This document shows, piece by piece, positions 1-14,117 of a stretch of 64,000 nucleotides of DNA. Within the stretch, counting starts at the first letter, position 1. Every line of letters begins with the position of its first letter. The notes below the pieces were generated by a model, which worked only from the letters and a program-made list of their open reading frames with translations, had not been told where the DNA came from and made no database searches. A program made the position numbers and the translations under genes. Source of the DNA: Octopus sinensis (taxonomy: Eukaryota). Location of the stretch: NCBI RefSeq assembly GCF_006345805.1, contig NC_042997.1, positions 81,902,001 through 81,966,000 of the forward strand, given 5' to 3'.

Positions 1-1452
1 TTGGTAGGATCCTTCAGTTTGTATAATCCAGTCTGCATTTATGTTGTACGTCTTCTTGTCACTCCAAATACTTTTCCAAAAGTTTTGAACTTCTTCCTTG
101 GGAGGGGGGTCTTTAACGGTTACTTTCTCCTTCCCTATTTCTCTGTAGAATTTTTTGGCATTGGATGTGAACAGCTTATTTTGCTTGTAAAACTTGTTTC
201 TCTTCTCAAATCTTCGTATTCTTTGGGCTTTTGCTTGGACTTTTTGTTTCAGCGTTTCTTTTATTGATATCAGTTCTTCTCTTGGTGAGGATCCAAATTT
301 TCTCTTCATCTTTCTTCCTGTTCTGGATCTTACATCATTTCCACATATTAGTTAATTTAATATTGATATTTCCCCTCTCATAAATTCAATCTCTTTTTCA
401 ATTTTACTTCTCCAGGTTTGATTTCTTCCCAGGTTTGGTTTTCTTTGTTTTTTCGGGGGCATACAGCTGGTTTCAATTGCCCTAGCAGAAGCGTAAATAA
501 TTTAATTTAACTCAGTAAAATCAGGTTTTAATTCTCGTATTATTTCATTTGTTACATAGTTGCCAATTTGGATTTGTTTTTTATTTTAGTTTGTATTTGA
601 GAGTTTATGAAGTGGTTCTCTATCATTCATACTTGTATGTCATACAACTTCAAGTGTATTCAGGATTTTCTGCCTCATTTCTGCCATAGACTCTCTGTGT
701 TCTTCAGCAAATGCGAGATCTTCAGTTACTGTTGTTTTTTCGTTTTCCTTGCTATCTTTAACAGGTACAATAGAATTTCTTGTATCTTCAGGCCTTTGCG
801 TACTTTGGTCAGATGGCAGTCTTTCAATTAAGCCTGTTCATCTGATTCTTCATTTTCTTTGTGTCTTATATTTATGTCATTTTCCGTTGCGTGCTTGATC
901 GCACTTATTTCACTGTCTGTGAGTCTGTTATTTCTAAGGATATCCCTCCTCACATTTGCTAATTTGTTCTCGTCCAAATAGGGCCTACTGTCTTGATTCC
1001 GTGTTCTCCATATACTGTAATAGTTTGCGGTGTGTCTCTCTTGAGATGGCCTACCTAATGCATAGTAATAAGCTTATATTACTTCTTTATACTCTTCTCG
1101 GGTCCATTTGTTCCGCTTACATTTTTCTTTCTGTGGTGGATTTGGTGGTGAACTTGGAGGGCTCGAGTTGGGGGATATCCCGTTCAAGTGACCATCCATG
1201 TCCGTATTCGGAGAAGAGTTTGTGCCAGTTGATGACTTTTCGATCCCAGGCTGGCTCTTCCCTGGGGGACGCGCTTCCAGATTAACCATAGGATAAGCGA
1301 TTTGGTATACTGATTTAGTTTTCCTTTTAGTTTCCAAAAACATTTTGGTGCTACGATAATGTTATCATTTTTTAGCTTTGGTTGGCTCGTGGGGAGACGG
1401 CCATCATTGCCGTTACAATTATAATCGTACCATTTTAGCTGCCGTAGTCGGC
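1..1452 (-). mobile_element. R4/Dong-like RLE non-LTR retrotransposon, family A copy A1 (5' UTR plus N-terminal coding part; the rest runs off the window)
   Basis: Colinear with 60417-61864 and 11701-13152. Encodes KRNKWTREEY (Myb-like N-terminus). Ends at the same gccgtagtcggc 5' terminus next to (TAT)n. Has a 16-bp frameshifting deletion near 835 (aagcct|gttcat vs aagcctcgtggcgggctatactgttcat in A2/A3). Confidence 0.92.
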
Positions 1453-1478
1453 TTATTATTTTATTATTATTATTATTA

Positions 1479-1517
<39 letters not shown>

Positions 1518-1543
1518 TATTACTATTATTATTATTATTATTA

Positions 1544-1594
<51 letters not shown>

Positions 1595-1729
1595 TACTAT
1601 CATTATTATTATTATTATTTTTTTTTTCTATTATTATTATTATATTATTATTATTATATTATTATTATTATTATTATTATATTATTATTATTTCTATTAT
1701 TATTATTATTATTATCATTATTATTTCTA

Positions 1730-1772
<43 letters not shown>
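1453..1772. repeat. (TAT)n microsatellite between the A1 5' end and the B 3' end
   Basis: Direct reading of the sequence. Confidence 0.97.
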
Positions 1773-1930
1773 CATTGTCATTTACTTTTAATCTGCATGT
1801 TTGATGCAATCACCTGCCGGGGCACACCCAGCGCCCTAGGGCAAGTGAAGGTTAAGTGTTGTTGAAATATAGCTGAAAGCTTGGGGAGGGGAAGTAGAGA
1901 TATATCTCCATGTAATGCAAACACAAACAT

Positions 1931-2599
1931 TTACATTGATAGGGTTTTTCTAAGGATGTGGGCAGTACTTGTTAGCACAATCTTTTGGATTTCCTTGAGA
2001 CATGGTTTTCCAGGGATATTGTCTAGGTGTTTCTGACATCCCCTTTTTATCATACCTAGGGCACCTACAATAACAGGAACAGTTTTTGTTTTGAGATTCC
2101 ACATCCTCTGTATTTCGATTTCCAGGTCCTTATATTTACTAAGTTTGTCAAATTCCTTGACAGATACATTTTTATCAGTGGGGACGCTTACTTCTATTAG
2201 TCTGCAGGTATTTTCTTCCCTGTCTTTAACAATTATGTCTGGTCGATTAGCCTTGATCGTTCTGTCAGTGTTGACTGGAAAATCCCAGAGGATGGTGACA
2301 TCTTTACCTTCAACAACTGGCTGAGGATGGTGTTCATACCAGTTAGCAGGAGTGTCGGATTTGTAGTGTTTACATATCTTCCAATGTATATACTGTCCTA
2401 CCCTATCGTGGCGATTTTTGTATTCGTTTGGTGTCAGCACAGGGCAACCCGAAACGAGATGGTCTATCGTTTCGTCAAATGTGTCGCAGAATCTGCATTT
2501 AGGGTCAGTACCGTTTCGGAGAACGTTAGCCTGGTAATTTCTGGTAAACAAGCTTTGATCTTGTGCTGCCATTATGAAACCTTCAGTCTCTGCTTTCAA
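1931..2599 (-). CDS. Family B C-terminal CCHC zinc finger plus restriction-like endonuclease (RLE)
   Basis: CRFC..ETIDHLVSGC, RHD, NRPDII, LIEVSVP and KLSKYKDL (PD-(D/E)xK-type RLE). Confidence 0.9.
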   Translation of the reverse strand: MKAETEGFIMAAQDQSLFTRNYQANVLRNGTDPKCRFCDTFDETIDHLVSGCPVLTPNEYKNRHDRVGQYIHWKICKHYKSDTPANWYEHHPQPVVEGKDVTILWDFPVNTDRTIKANRPDIIVKDREENTCRLIEVSVPTDKNVSVKEFDKLSKYKDLEIEIQRMWNLKTKTVPVIVGALGMIKRGCQKHLDNIPGKPCLKEIQKIVLTSTAHILRKTLSM

Positions 2600-2802
2600 T
2601 CCAGAGCTCTTCAGCCACTGATGGGTTGTTGCTTGGTCTACATCAGCATTTTGGCTTCGGAGAATATATTGTCCATGCAGGGGCTTCTGGCTCCACCGCC
2701 TCTCAATTTGATTCTGCCCGTTCTTTTTTGCAGTCTGCTTGATTCGCTTTGCTTGCTTGGTAGCAGTGGTTTCCGGCTCTTCATCTGATTCAAGGTTAAT
2801 GT

Positions 2803-4968
2803 CTAGTTCCCATCGAACTTATAAGCTTCCTTGACAATAGAATGTAGCTTTTTGCTGCTTTCGTGTTCGCACACAAGTCGCAGCATCCAGTCCTTTGTAC
2901 TAGATAGGTACCTGTTCATTCCTACAGTAGAGGTCTTATAGCACAGCTCTAATTGCATCATTCCTCTCCCCCCGCTGCTTCTAGGTAGGTACAAGCGGTC
3001 TACATCTGCCTTAGGGTGGTGCATGCTCTTGGATGTCAGTAACTTTCTTGTCTTCCTGTCCAAGCGTTGGAGTTCCGTAAGGTTCCAGTTAATGATGTTA
3101 AAACTGTACTGGACTACTGGAAGTGCCAGGGTGTTAATGGCCTCAATGCAATTTTTGGAGTTGAGTTCAGTCTTCAGTACAAGCCTTATTCTCCTATAGT
3201 ATTCCTTTCTTATTTTTTCCTTCATAGTAGCATGATGTATACCATCTCCTTCGTTGATTCCTAGGTATTTGTAACTTTCCTGTGGGTCAAGTTCCTTGAT
3301 GGTAGTGTCAATATCTAATTTAACAGAAGCTGTTTGCCTGAGCTTGCCTCTTACAAAAGTTGCTTTAGCACACTTATCAAGGCCAAAATCCATTCCGATA
3401 TCATTGCTAAACTCTTTAACAGTTGTTAGCAGCCCTTCTAGCTCTTGGTCATTCCTGGCAAACAGCTTTAGGTCGTCCATATAGAAAAGGTGGTTTATTA
3501 ACTTACTAAAAACTTTGTACCCATATCTGGTACTATCCAATTCGCTTGAGAGTGGGATCAGTGCCATGCAAAAAAGTAATGGAGAGAGGGAGTCACCTTG
3601 AAAGATGCCTCGTTTGATGTTGATGCTGTTGGACTGGCTCATCCCATTACTATGGCTTAGAAAGAGACGTGTGTTCCACATGGTCATGCTATTCTCTAAG
3701 AATTTTGAGACGACAGGAGAGATCTTATATATCTCAAGGGCCTTGAGTATCCATTTATGTGGGACACTGTCATACGCTTTCCTGTAGTCTATCCATGCCA
3801 TACTCAGGTTTTTGTTTTTGCTCCGGCAATTCTCTACAATCATTCTGTTTATGAGCAATTGGTCTTTGCACCCATAAGAGTTTCTTTTGCAACCTTTTTG
3901 AGCTTGTGGAAGGATAGAATTTTGTTCAAGGAAAGCGTACATTCTCTCCGTTATTATGGATGTGAGGATTTTGTAGGTGGTGTTGAGACATGTTATTGGC
4001 CGGTAATTCTTTGGGTTTTTTGTGTCTTCGGTTTTAGGTAATAGGTAGGTGGTTCCTTCAGTCAGCCAAGCAGGTATTTGCTCTGGGTTCTGAGTGACAT
4101 CAGACAGAGATGCAGCGAGATGTTCGTGTACCTCTGTCAAACAATTCAGCCAGAAGTTAGGGATCCGATCCAGTCCTGGGGTTTTCCATTTATGAGCCTT
4201 CCTAAGGACACACCTTAGCTCCTCTATTCCTATTGCTTCCCATTTCTGTTCTTCAAGTCCATCCAGTCTCTCTTTCTCACGTTCTATCCAGTCAGCCTCA
4301 GCATTAAACTCTTTTTCGTTGCTCCATATCTTCTTCCAGAACTCCTCCACTTCCTCAATCTTAGGTGGATCTTCTATGTGTATTTTATCTTTGCCAATTT
4401 CCCTATAAAATTTCTTTGCATCTGTCTTAAAAAATTTATTTTGTCGATAAAATTTGTTTCTTTTGTCATACCTTCTAAGCCGTTGAGCTTTCAACTGTAT
4501 CCGTTGTTTCAACAGTTCCTTAGTTGCAGGAAGGTTTATGAGATCTTTGATTTTATATTTTTGCTTGATTTTTCTAGCTTTTCTCGGCTTAATATTCACT
4601 CCTCTAGCAAGCTCATCAAGAATTGAAACATCCGCCCGCAGAGATTCAATCTCTTTTTGTATCGCTACTTTCCACTTAGGAGGTTCATTGACATGCCTGG
4701 CCTTTTTCTTTGTCATCTTAATACCTAGTTGGATAGTTACTACTTTAGCAGTGGAATAAATGAGATTATTTAAGGTTGTCAAATCATTCCCCTTATTTCT
4801 TAAGATCTGTCCTAGGGCAACGTTATATGTCATGATTGTGTTGTTATTTCTTGTGCCATTTGAAAACTTTGGTAGTGGTTCTCTATTAACCATGTCAGTG
4901 AGCTCAATCTTGCCGAGTTCTCTCATAATGTCCACTTTTGCTTCCATAATCTTTTCTCTATTATTCAC
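2803..4968 (-). CDS. Family B ORF, reverse transcriptase portion (frameshifted from the C-terminus)
   Basis: 721-aa ORF with YRPITCL, QKGC, AWIDYRKAYDSV, GIFQGDSLSP, YMDDLKL, FGLDKC, YKYLG and HHPKADVDRLYL. Confidence 0.9.
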   Translation of the reverse strand: MNNREKIMEAKVDIMRELGKIELTDMVNREPLPKFSNGTRNNNTIMTYNVALGQILRNKGNDLTTLNNLIYSTAKVVTIQLGIKMTKKKARHVNEPPKWKVAIQKEIESLRADVSILDELARGVNIKPRKARKIKQKYKIKDLINLPATKELLKQRIQLKAQRLRRYDKRNKFYRQNKFFKTDAKKFYREIGKDKIHIEDPPKIEEVEEFWKKIWSNEKEFNAEADWIEREKERLDGLEEQKWEAIGIEELRCVLRKAHKWKTPGLDRIPNFWLNCLTEVHEHLAASLSDVTQNPEQIPAWLTEGTTYLLPKTEDTKNPKNYRPITCLNTTYKILTSIITERMYAFLEQNSILPQAQKGCKRNSYGCKDQLLINRMIVENCRSKNKNLSMAWIDYRKAYDSVPHKWILKALEIYKISPVVSKFLENSMTMWNTRLFLSHSNGMSQSNSINIKRGIFQGDSLSPLLFCMALIPLSSELDSTRYGYKVFSKLINHLFYMDDLKLFARNDQELEGLLTTVKEFSNDIGMDFGLDKCAKATFVRGKLRQTASVKLDIDTTIKELDPQESYKYLGINEGDGIHHATMKEKIRKEYYRRIRLVLKTELNSKNCIEAINTLALPVVQYSFNIINWNLTELQRLDRKTRKLLTSKSMHHPKADVDRLYLPRSSGGRGMMQLELCYKTSTVGMNRYLSSTKDWMLRLVCEHESSKKLHSIVKEAYKFDGN

Positions 4969-4988
4969 CTCAAATTCTATGTCATATC

Positions 4989-5055
<67 letters not shown>

Positions 5056-5056
<1 letters not shown>

Positions 5057-5727
5057 TATGTTTGACTTTTGCTTTATGTCTGTACAAGTTGGCTCCAAGT
5101 CTCACCCAGAGACCTGAAGAGACAACAGGTTAGAAGTTCTGTGCCATATATTTAGGGATTTTTTTTGTTGTACTAGTGAATGTCTAATACATAAAAATAA
5201 AAAAATTATTAAAAAAAAAAAAAATAAATAAAAAGTTTGTTTTAAACCTTGGGATTACATAGAGAGTATTTTGCGTAGGATATGAGCAGTTCCCATGAGC
5301 ACTATCTTTTGGATTTCTGCCATTTTGGGGTTTCCTGGTATCTGAGTTAGGTAGCAATCAGTCCCTTTTGCTATCATTCCCAGGGCACCTATGACAACAG
5401 GTATTGATTAGTCTTCAGCTTCCACATTTTGCTGATTTCTATTTCAAGATCTTTATATTTGCTCAGTTTTTGGTAGGTCTTGACAGATACGTTTATATCG
5501 ATTGGGACAGTCATATCAATGAGGAGGCATGTTCTTTGTCTGAAGTCTTTCAATATGATGTCTGGCCTATTTGCATCTATCTTCCTGTCAGTTTGAATGG
5601 TGAAGTTCCAGAGGAGTGAGATGTGGTCATTTTCAAGCACAGGAGGTGGATTGTGTTCCCACCAGTTTTTTTCATGGGGCAAATTCAGGTTTTTGCAAAT
5701 TACCCAGTGAATATATTGTGCTGCTCT

Positions 5728-5732
<5 letters not shown>
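5056..5732 (-). mobile_element. Family C R4/Dong-like 3' fragment C1 (RLE end plus 3' UTR)
   Basis: Matches 14117-14790 (NRPDII, LIDMTVP, KLSKYKDL). Truncated at ctatcat into (CAT)n. Has a 1-bp frameshift near 5405. Confidence 0.92.
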
Positions 5733-5801
<69 letters not shown>

Positions 5802-5836
5802 TATTTTATTATTATTATTATTATTATTATTTTATT

Positions 5837-8576
<2,740 letters not shown>

Positions 8577-8940
8577 CTATGTTTGACTTTTGCTTTATAT
8601 TTGTACAAGTTGGCTCCAAGTCTCACCCAGAGACCTCAAGAGACAACAGGGTTGGAAGTTCATCTTGTTGTTATGCCTAGTGTGCCATATATTTGGGGGG
8701 TGGGGATGTTGTACTAATGAATGTCTAAAAAAAAAAAGTTTTTTTTTTTTTTTTTTTTTTTTAAACCGAAAATTATGGTTGTTTTAAACCTTGAGGTTAC
8801 ATAGAGAGTATTTTGCGTAGGATATGAGCAGTTCCCATGAGCACTATCTTTTGAACTTCTGCCATTTTGGGGTTTCCTGGTATCTGAGTTAGGTAGCTAT
8901 CAGCCCCTTTTGCTATCATTCCCAGGGCACCTATGACAAC
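8577..8940 (-). mobile_element. Family C short 3' fragment C4, duplicate of C3
   Basis: Same truncation point and same A-run/T-run 3' UTR variant as C3. Confidence 0.88.
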
Positions 8941-9177
<237 letters not shown>

Positions 9178-9178
<1 letters not shown>

Positions 9179-12100
9179 TTTTTTTTTTTTTCCTTCTTTC
9201 AAATTTGCTTCCATTTCTTGCCGAGTGTCTTCCCGACTCCTAGGGCAAAGAAACTCATAGTATACATTAGTAGGCCATTAAACCAAACTCAATAGTTCGT
9301 TTATTTATTTATTTTTTTTTTTAAGTTAAATTAAAATACATGAGCAGCAACAGTTCTCACATCGACAATGCTTTTCTCAATACGTGTGATGTACCAGTTA
9401 AGACAATTTTTTGCACTTCTTGCAGGGATGCTAAACCAGGGATCATTCTCATATAATTTTCGGTTCCCTTCTTGATCATTCCTAGTGCTCCTACGATCAC
9501 TGTTATTATAACCGCCTTGAGATGCCACATTTTCTCAATTTCAATGAGTAGGTCTTTATATTTTCTGAGCTTGTCAAACTCTTTCGCTGAGATATTATGA
9601 TCACAGGGGATGCTCATGTCGATCAATAAGCAAACTTTATTGTTTTGGTCTTTCACAACAATATCTGGTTTATTGGCCTTGATGGTTCGGTCTGTATGTA
9701 CTGGAAAGTCCCACAGAATGGTTACATTTTCTCCTTCAGTTACATCCTCAGGGTGGTGATTATACCACTTGTCGGCAGTTTTGATATTGTAATGCCGACT
9801 TATTAGCCAGTGGAGATATTGGCCAACTCTGTCATGTCTTAATTTATACTCCACTGATGCTAAGACTTTACATCCAGAGATTAGGTGGTCCACTGTTTCA
9901 ATCATGTCATTGCAGAATCGGCATTTTGGGTCTGCTCCATTTTTCATCACATTGGCCTGGTAGTTCCGGTTAATAGGCTTTGATCTTGAGCAGCCAGGAT
10001 GAAGCCTTCGCTCTCTGCTTTTAGCCCTGAGCTCCGTAGCCATTGATGGGTTTGCTTCTGGTCAACATCAGCTTGTTTGCTGCGGGTCACATATTTGCCG
10101 TGCAGAGGTTTCTCCTCCCACCTATCAGCCAATTGCTCGTGCGCTTTTTTCGTTGCCATCATTTTCACCTTCTTTGCAACAATAGTTGCCGTACTTCCCT
10201 CGGGTTGTTCAGTTTGGGTATCCTACACGAGATCAATAGCAAATTTTTTGCTTTCCTTTATAATAGAATGAAGCTTCTTTCGTCTCTCGTGATTTTCTAC
10301 GAGCTTTAGCATCCAGTCATTCGATATTTCGAGATATTTGGCCAGTCCAATTGTGGTTGTTTTGTAAGCTAGTTCAAATTGGATCAGGCCTCGACCTCCT
10401 TGGGCTCTGGGAAGGTAAAGGCGATCTACGTCTGCCTTTGGGTGGTGCATCCTATTACAACTCAGCAGCTTGCGTATTTTCCTATCTATATTCTTTATTT
10501 CACTCATATTCCTGTTCAACACATTGTAGCTATAAGTAACAACTGGAACTGCTAAGGAATTTATAGCTAACACCTTGTTACGTGCATTTAGTTCAGATTT
10601 CAGAACTGCACGAACTCTCCTATAACATTCCTTCCTGATCTTCTCTTTCATGCTTGCATGCTGAATACCAGAGCCTTCATTTATCCCTAAATATTTGTAT
10701 GTTTGTTCTTGCTCAAGCTCTCTTATGACTGTGTCAACATCTAACACGACTGAATTTGTGGTCTTCACTTTCCCTCTCTGGAAAGTGGCCTTGGCACACT
10801 TCTCAAGTCCAAACTCCACCCCGATGTCATCGCTGAATGCTTTCACGGTGCGCAATAGGCCTTTAAGTTCATTATTGTCTTTACCATAAAGTTTTAAGTC
10901 ATCCATATAAAATAGATGGCTTATCTTTTTTATTGGCAATTTTATACCCATACCCTGTTCTGTTTAATTCACTTGTAAGGGGTATTAGGGCTATGCAGAA
11001 TATTAAAGGTGAAAGTGAGTCACCTTGAAAAATTTCACAGTTGATGTTTATATTTTCTGAGGCAAGTATTCCATTAGAGTGGTATAATTGGAGATTCGTA
11101 TTCCACAACGACATATTGTGCTTCAGGAAGTTTGAAATCACAGGGGAAATTTTGAAGATGTCCAGCGATCTCAAGATCCATGGATGCGGTATACTGTCGA
11201 ATGCCTTTTTATAGCCAATCCATGCGGTGCTGAGATTTCTGCGCTTGTTGTGACAGTTCTCAAGGATCATACGATTGATTAGCAGTTGATCTTTGCATCC
11301 GTAAGAGCCTCGGCGGCACCCTTTTTGTTCAATGGGGAAAATATCGTTCTTCTCCATGAATGCATATGTTTTCTCCGCCAGGATAGATGTTAGGATTTTA
11401 TACGTGGTGGATAGACAGGTTATAGGCCGATAGTTTTTTGGAAGGTTGGTTTCGTTATTCTTTGGGAGTAGGTAAGTAATGCCACTTGCTAACCATTCAG
11501 GTGTTTTCTTTGGGTCTCTCATAATTCCATTGAGCAACTGAACTAGCTTACCGTGTGCGCATGGGAGCGATGCGAGCCAGAAATTCGGCACCCTATCTTT
11601 ACCGGGGGATTTCCAATTATGGGCCTTCGTGAGTGCCTTTCTTAGGTCTGCTATTGTGATGTCTTCCCATGCTTGTTGTAAATTTTGGTAGGATCCTTCA
11701 GTTTGTATAATCCAGGCTGCATTTATGTTGTGCGTCTTCTTGTCACTCCAAATCCTTTTCCAAAAGTTTTGAACTTGTTCCATGGGAGAGGGGTCTTTAA
11801 CGGTTACTTTCTCCTTCCCTATTTCTCTGTAGAATTTTTTGGCATTGCATGTGAACAGCTTATTTTGCTTGTAAAACTTGTTTCTCTTCTCATATCTTCG
11901 TATTCTTTGGGCTTTTGCTTGGACTTTTTGTTTCAGCGTTTCTTTTATTGATATCAGTTCTTCTCTTGGTGAGGATCCAAATTTTCTCTTCATCTTTCTT
12001 CCTGTTCTGGATCTTACATCATTTCCACATATTAGTTAATTTAATATTGATATTTCCCCTCTCATAAATTCAATCTCTTTTTCAATTTTACTTCTCCAGG

Positions 12101-13152
12101 TTTGATTTCTTCCCAGGTTTTGTTTTCTTTGTTTTTTCGGGGGCATACAGCTGGTTTCAATTGCCCTAGCAGAAGCGTAAATAATTAAATTTAACTCAGT
12201 AATATCAGGTTTTAATTCTCGTATTATTTCATTTGTTACATAGTTGCCAATTTGGATTTGTTTTCTATTTTGGTTTGTATTTGAGAGTTTATGAAGTGGT
12301 TCTCTATCATTCATACTTGTATGTCTTACAACTTCAAGCGTATTCAGGATTTTCTGCCTCATTTCTGCCATAGACTCTCTGTGTTCTTCAGCAAATGCGA
12401 GATCTTCAGTTACTGTTGTTTTTTCGTTTTCCTGGCTATCTTTAACAGGTACAATAGAATTTCTTGTATCTTCAGGCCTTTGCGTACTTTGGTCACATGG
12501 CATTCTTTCAATTAAGCCTCGTGGCGGGCTATACTGTTCATCTGATTCTTCATTTCCTTTGTGTCTTATATTTATGTCATTTTCCGTTGCGTGCTTGATC
12601 GCGCTTATTTCACTGTCTGTGAGCCTGTTATTTCTAAGGATATCCCTCCTCACATTTGCTAATTTGTTCTCGTCCAAATAGGGCCTACTGTCTTGATTCC
12701 GTGTTCTCCATATACTGTAAGAGTTTGCGGTGTGTCTCTCTTGACATGGCCTACCTAATGCATAGTAATAAGCGTATATTACTTCTTTATACTCTTCTCG
12801 GGTCCATTTGTTTCGCTTACATTTTTCTTTCTGTGGTGGTTGTGGTGGTGAACTTGGAGGTCTCGAGTTGGGGGATTTCCCGTTCAAGTGACCATCCATG
12901 TCCGTATTCGGAGAAGAGTTTGTGCCAGTTGATGACTTTTCGATCCCAGACTGGCTCTTCCCTGGGGGACGCGCTTCCAGATTAACCATAGGACAAGCGA
13001 TTTGGTATACTGATTTAGTTTTCCTTTTAGTTTCCAAAAACATTTTGGTGCTACGATAATGTTATCATTTTTTAGCTTTGATTGGCTCGTGGGGAGACGG
13101 CCATCATTGCCGTTACAATTATAATCGTACCATTATAGCAGCCGTAGTCGGC
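9178..13152 (-). mobile_element. Family A copy A2, full length, several frameshifts
   Basis: ORF pieces 12036-13043 (Myb-like N-term), 10899-11993 (RT, IFQGDSLSP), 10223-10951 (YMDD) and 9357-10043 (CCHC, RHD, KPDIVV). Short poly(A) before (AAT)n. Same 5' terminus as A1 and A3. Confidence 0.94.
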
Positions 13153-13963
13153 TTATTATTGTTATTATCATCACCATTATTATCACTATCATCGTTATCA
13201 CCACCATTACCATCATCATTATCATCATCACCATCACCACTATCATCATCAATGATATTGTTTCATGTGTAGTCACAGCAGTATCTTATTATTGTTATTT
13301 TTGTTTTTTTATCATCATCACCATCACAGTAGTGTCTGTCTGTCTCGTTGGCTGGCTTGGTGGTTGGCTGGCTGACTGTCTTCAACGCCAGAGTTCTTGC
13401 CTGTCAAATAATACTTTTATATTTGGTTAACAATAGAGCCGAGGTGAGGTTTGTGTTGGTTGAACTCTTTGAGTGTGTGTGTGTGTGTAGATAGATAGAT
13501 AGATTATCAGCACTATTACTATCATTATTATCATCAACACCATCATCACCATCACCATCAGTGATATTTTTTTTAGGTGGGGTCCTATCGGTCAAAAAAA
13601 GTTCAGATGTTTACTACTATTAGGCTTAAGAAAAATTAAGGAAGGGCTGTTCTGTATTGTTTGTGAATAGAGAAGTTGTGTTCGACTAGAGATAATCTTA
13701 GCATCATCATTTTTTTTTTCCATGTGCGTTTGTGTTATTGCAATAAAAAGTGTTTGTATATTTCGTGCAAGGTAATATTGTGGAGGTTGAAGTTGACACC
13801 TCTAGAGATGTTTGTATGTCCAGTTAGAAGAACAGGTGTGTTTTTACAATAAAAAGTATATGTTTACATATATATTTGAATATTCAGGGAGGTAGCAAAG
13901 AAAAGTCAGATTTTCATAGAAAGTTTTAGGGTTTTGTAAGTCCTCAAAAAGAAAAGCGTGATG

Positions 13964-13970
<7 letters not shown>
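13153..13970. other. Degenerate CAT/CAC microsatellite plus low-copy AT-rich spacer with (GT)n/(GATA)n; no coding signal
   Basis: 13153-13290 is shared with the A3 flank (61865-62010). The remainder appears once in the window and has no convincing ORF. Confidence 0.6.
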
Positions 13971-14036
<66 letters not shown>

Positions 14037-14048
14037 TTATTATTATTA

Positions 14049-14116
<68 letters not shown>

Positions 14117-14117
<1 letters not shown>

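Larger units (their letters stand above)
1773..4989 (-). mobile_element. R4/Dong-like retrotransposon family B, 5'-truncated, one frameshift
   Basis: RT motifs followed by CCHC and RLE motifs, a 3' UTR abutting (AAT)n, and a 5' end fused to (AAT)n. The two long ORFs join with one frameshift near 2810 (YKFDG|ELDINLESDEEP...HQWLKSSGLKAETEGF). Confidence 0.93.

Noticed and set aside
607-1285. Recurrent plus-strand ORFs (MKWFSII..., MLICSRP..., MESVLRR..., MSPWNIP...) conserved in several copies
   Set aside because: They are antisense shadows of the retrotransposon ORFs and recur only because the elements are repeated.
1343-1452. HDV-like ribozyme in the family A 5' UTR
   Set aside because: The CTCCCCACG loop resembles L3, but I could not build P1, P1.1 and P2 in the required nested order. 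It is kept only as a structured leader.
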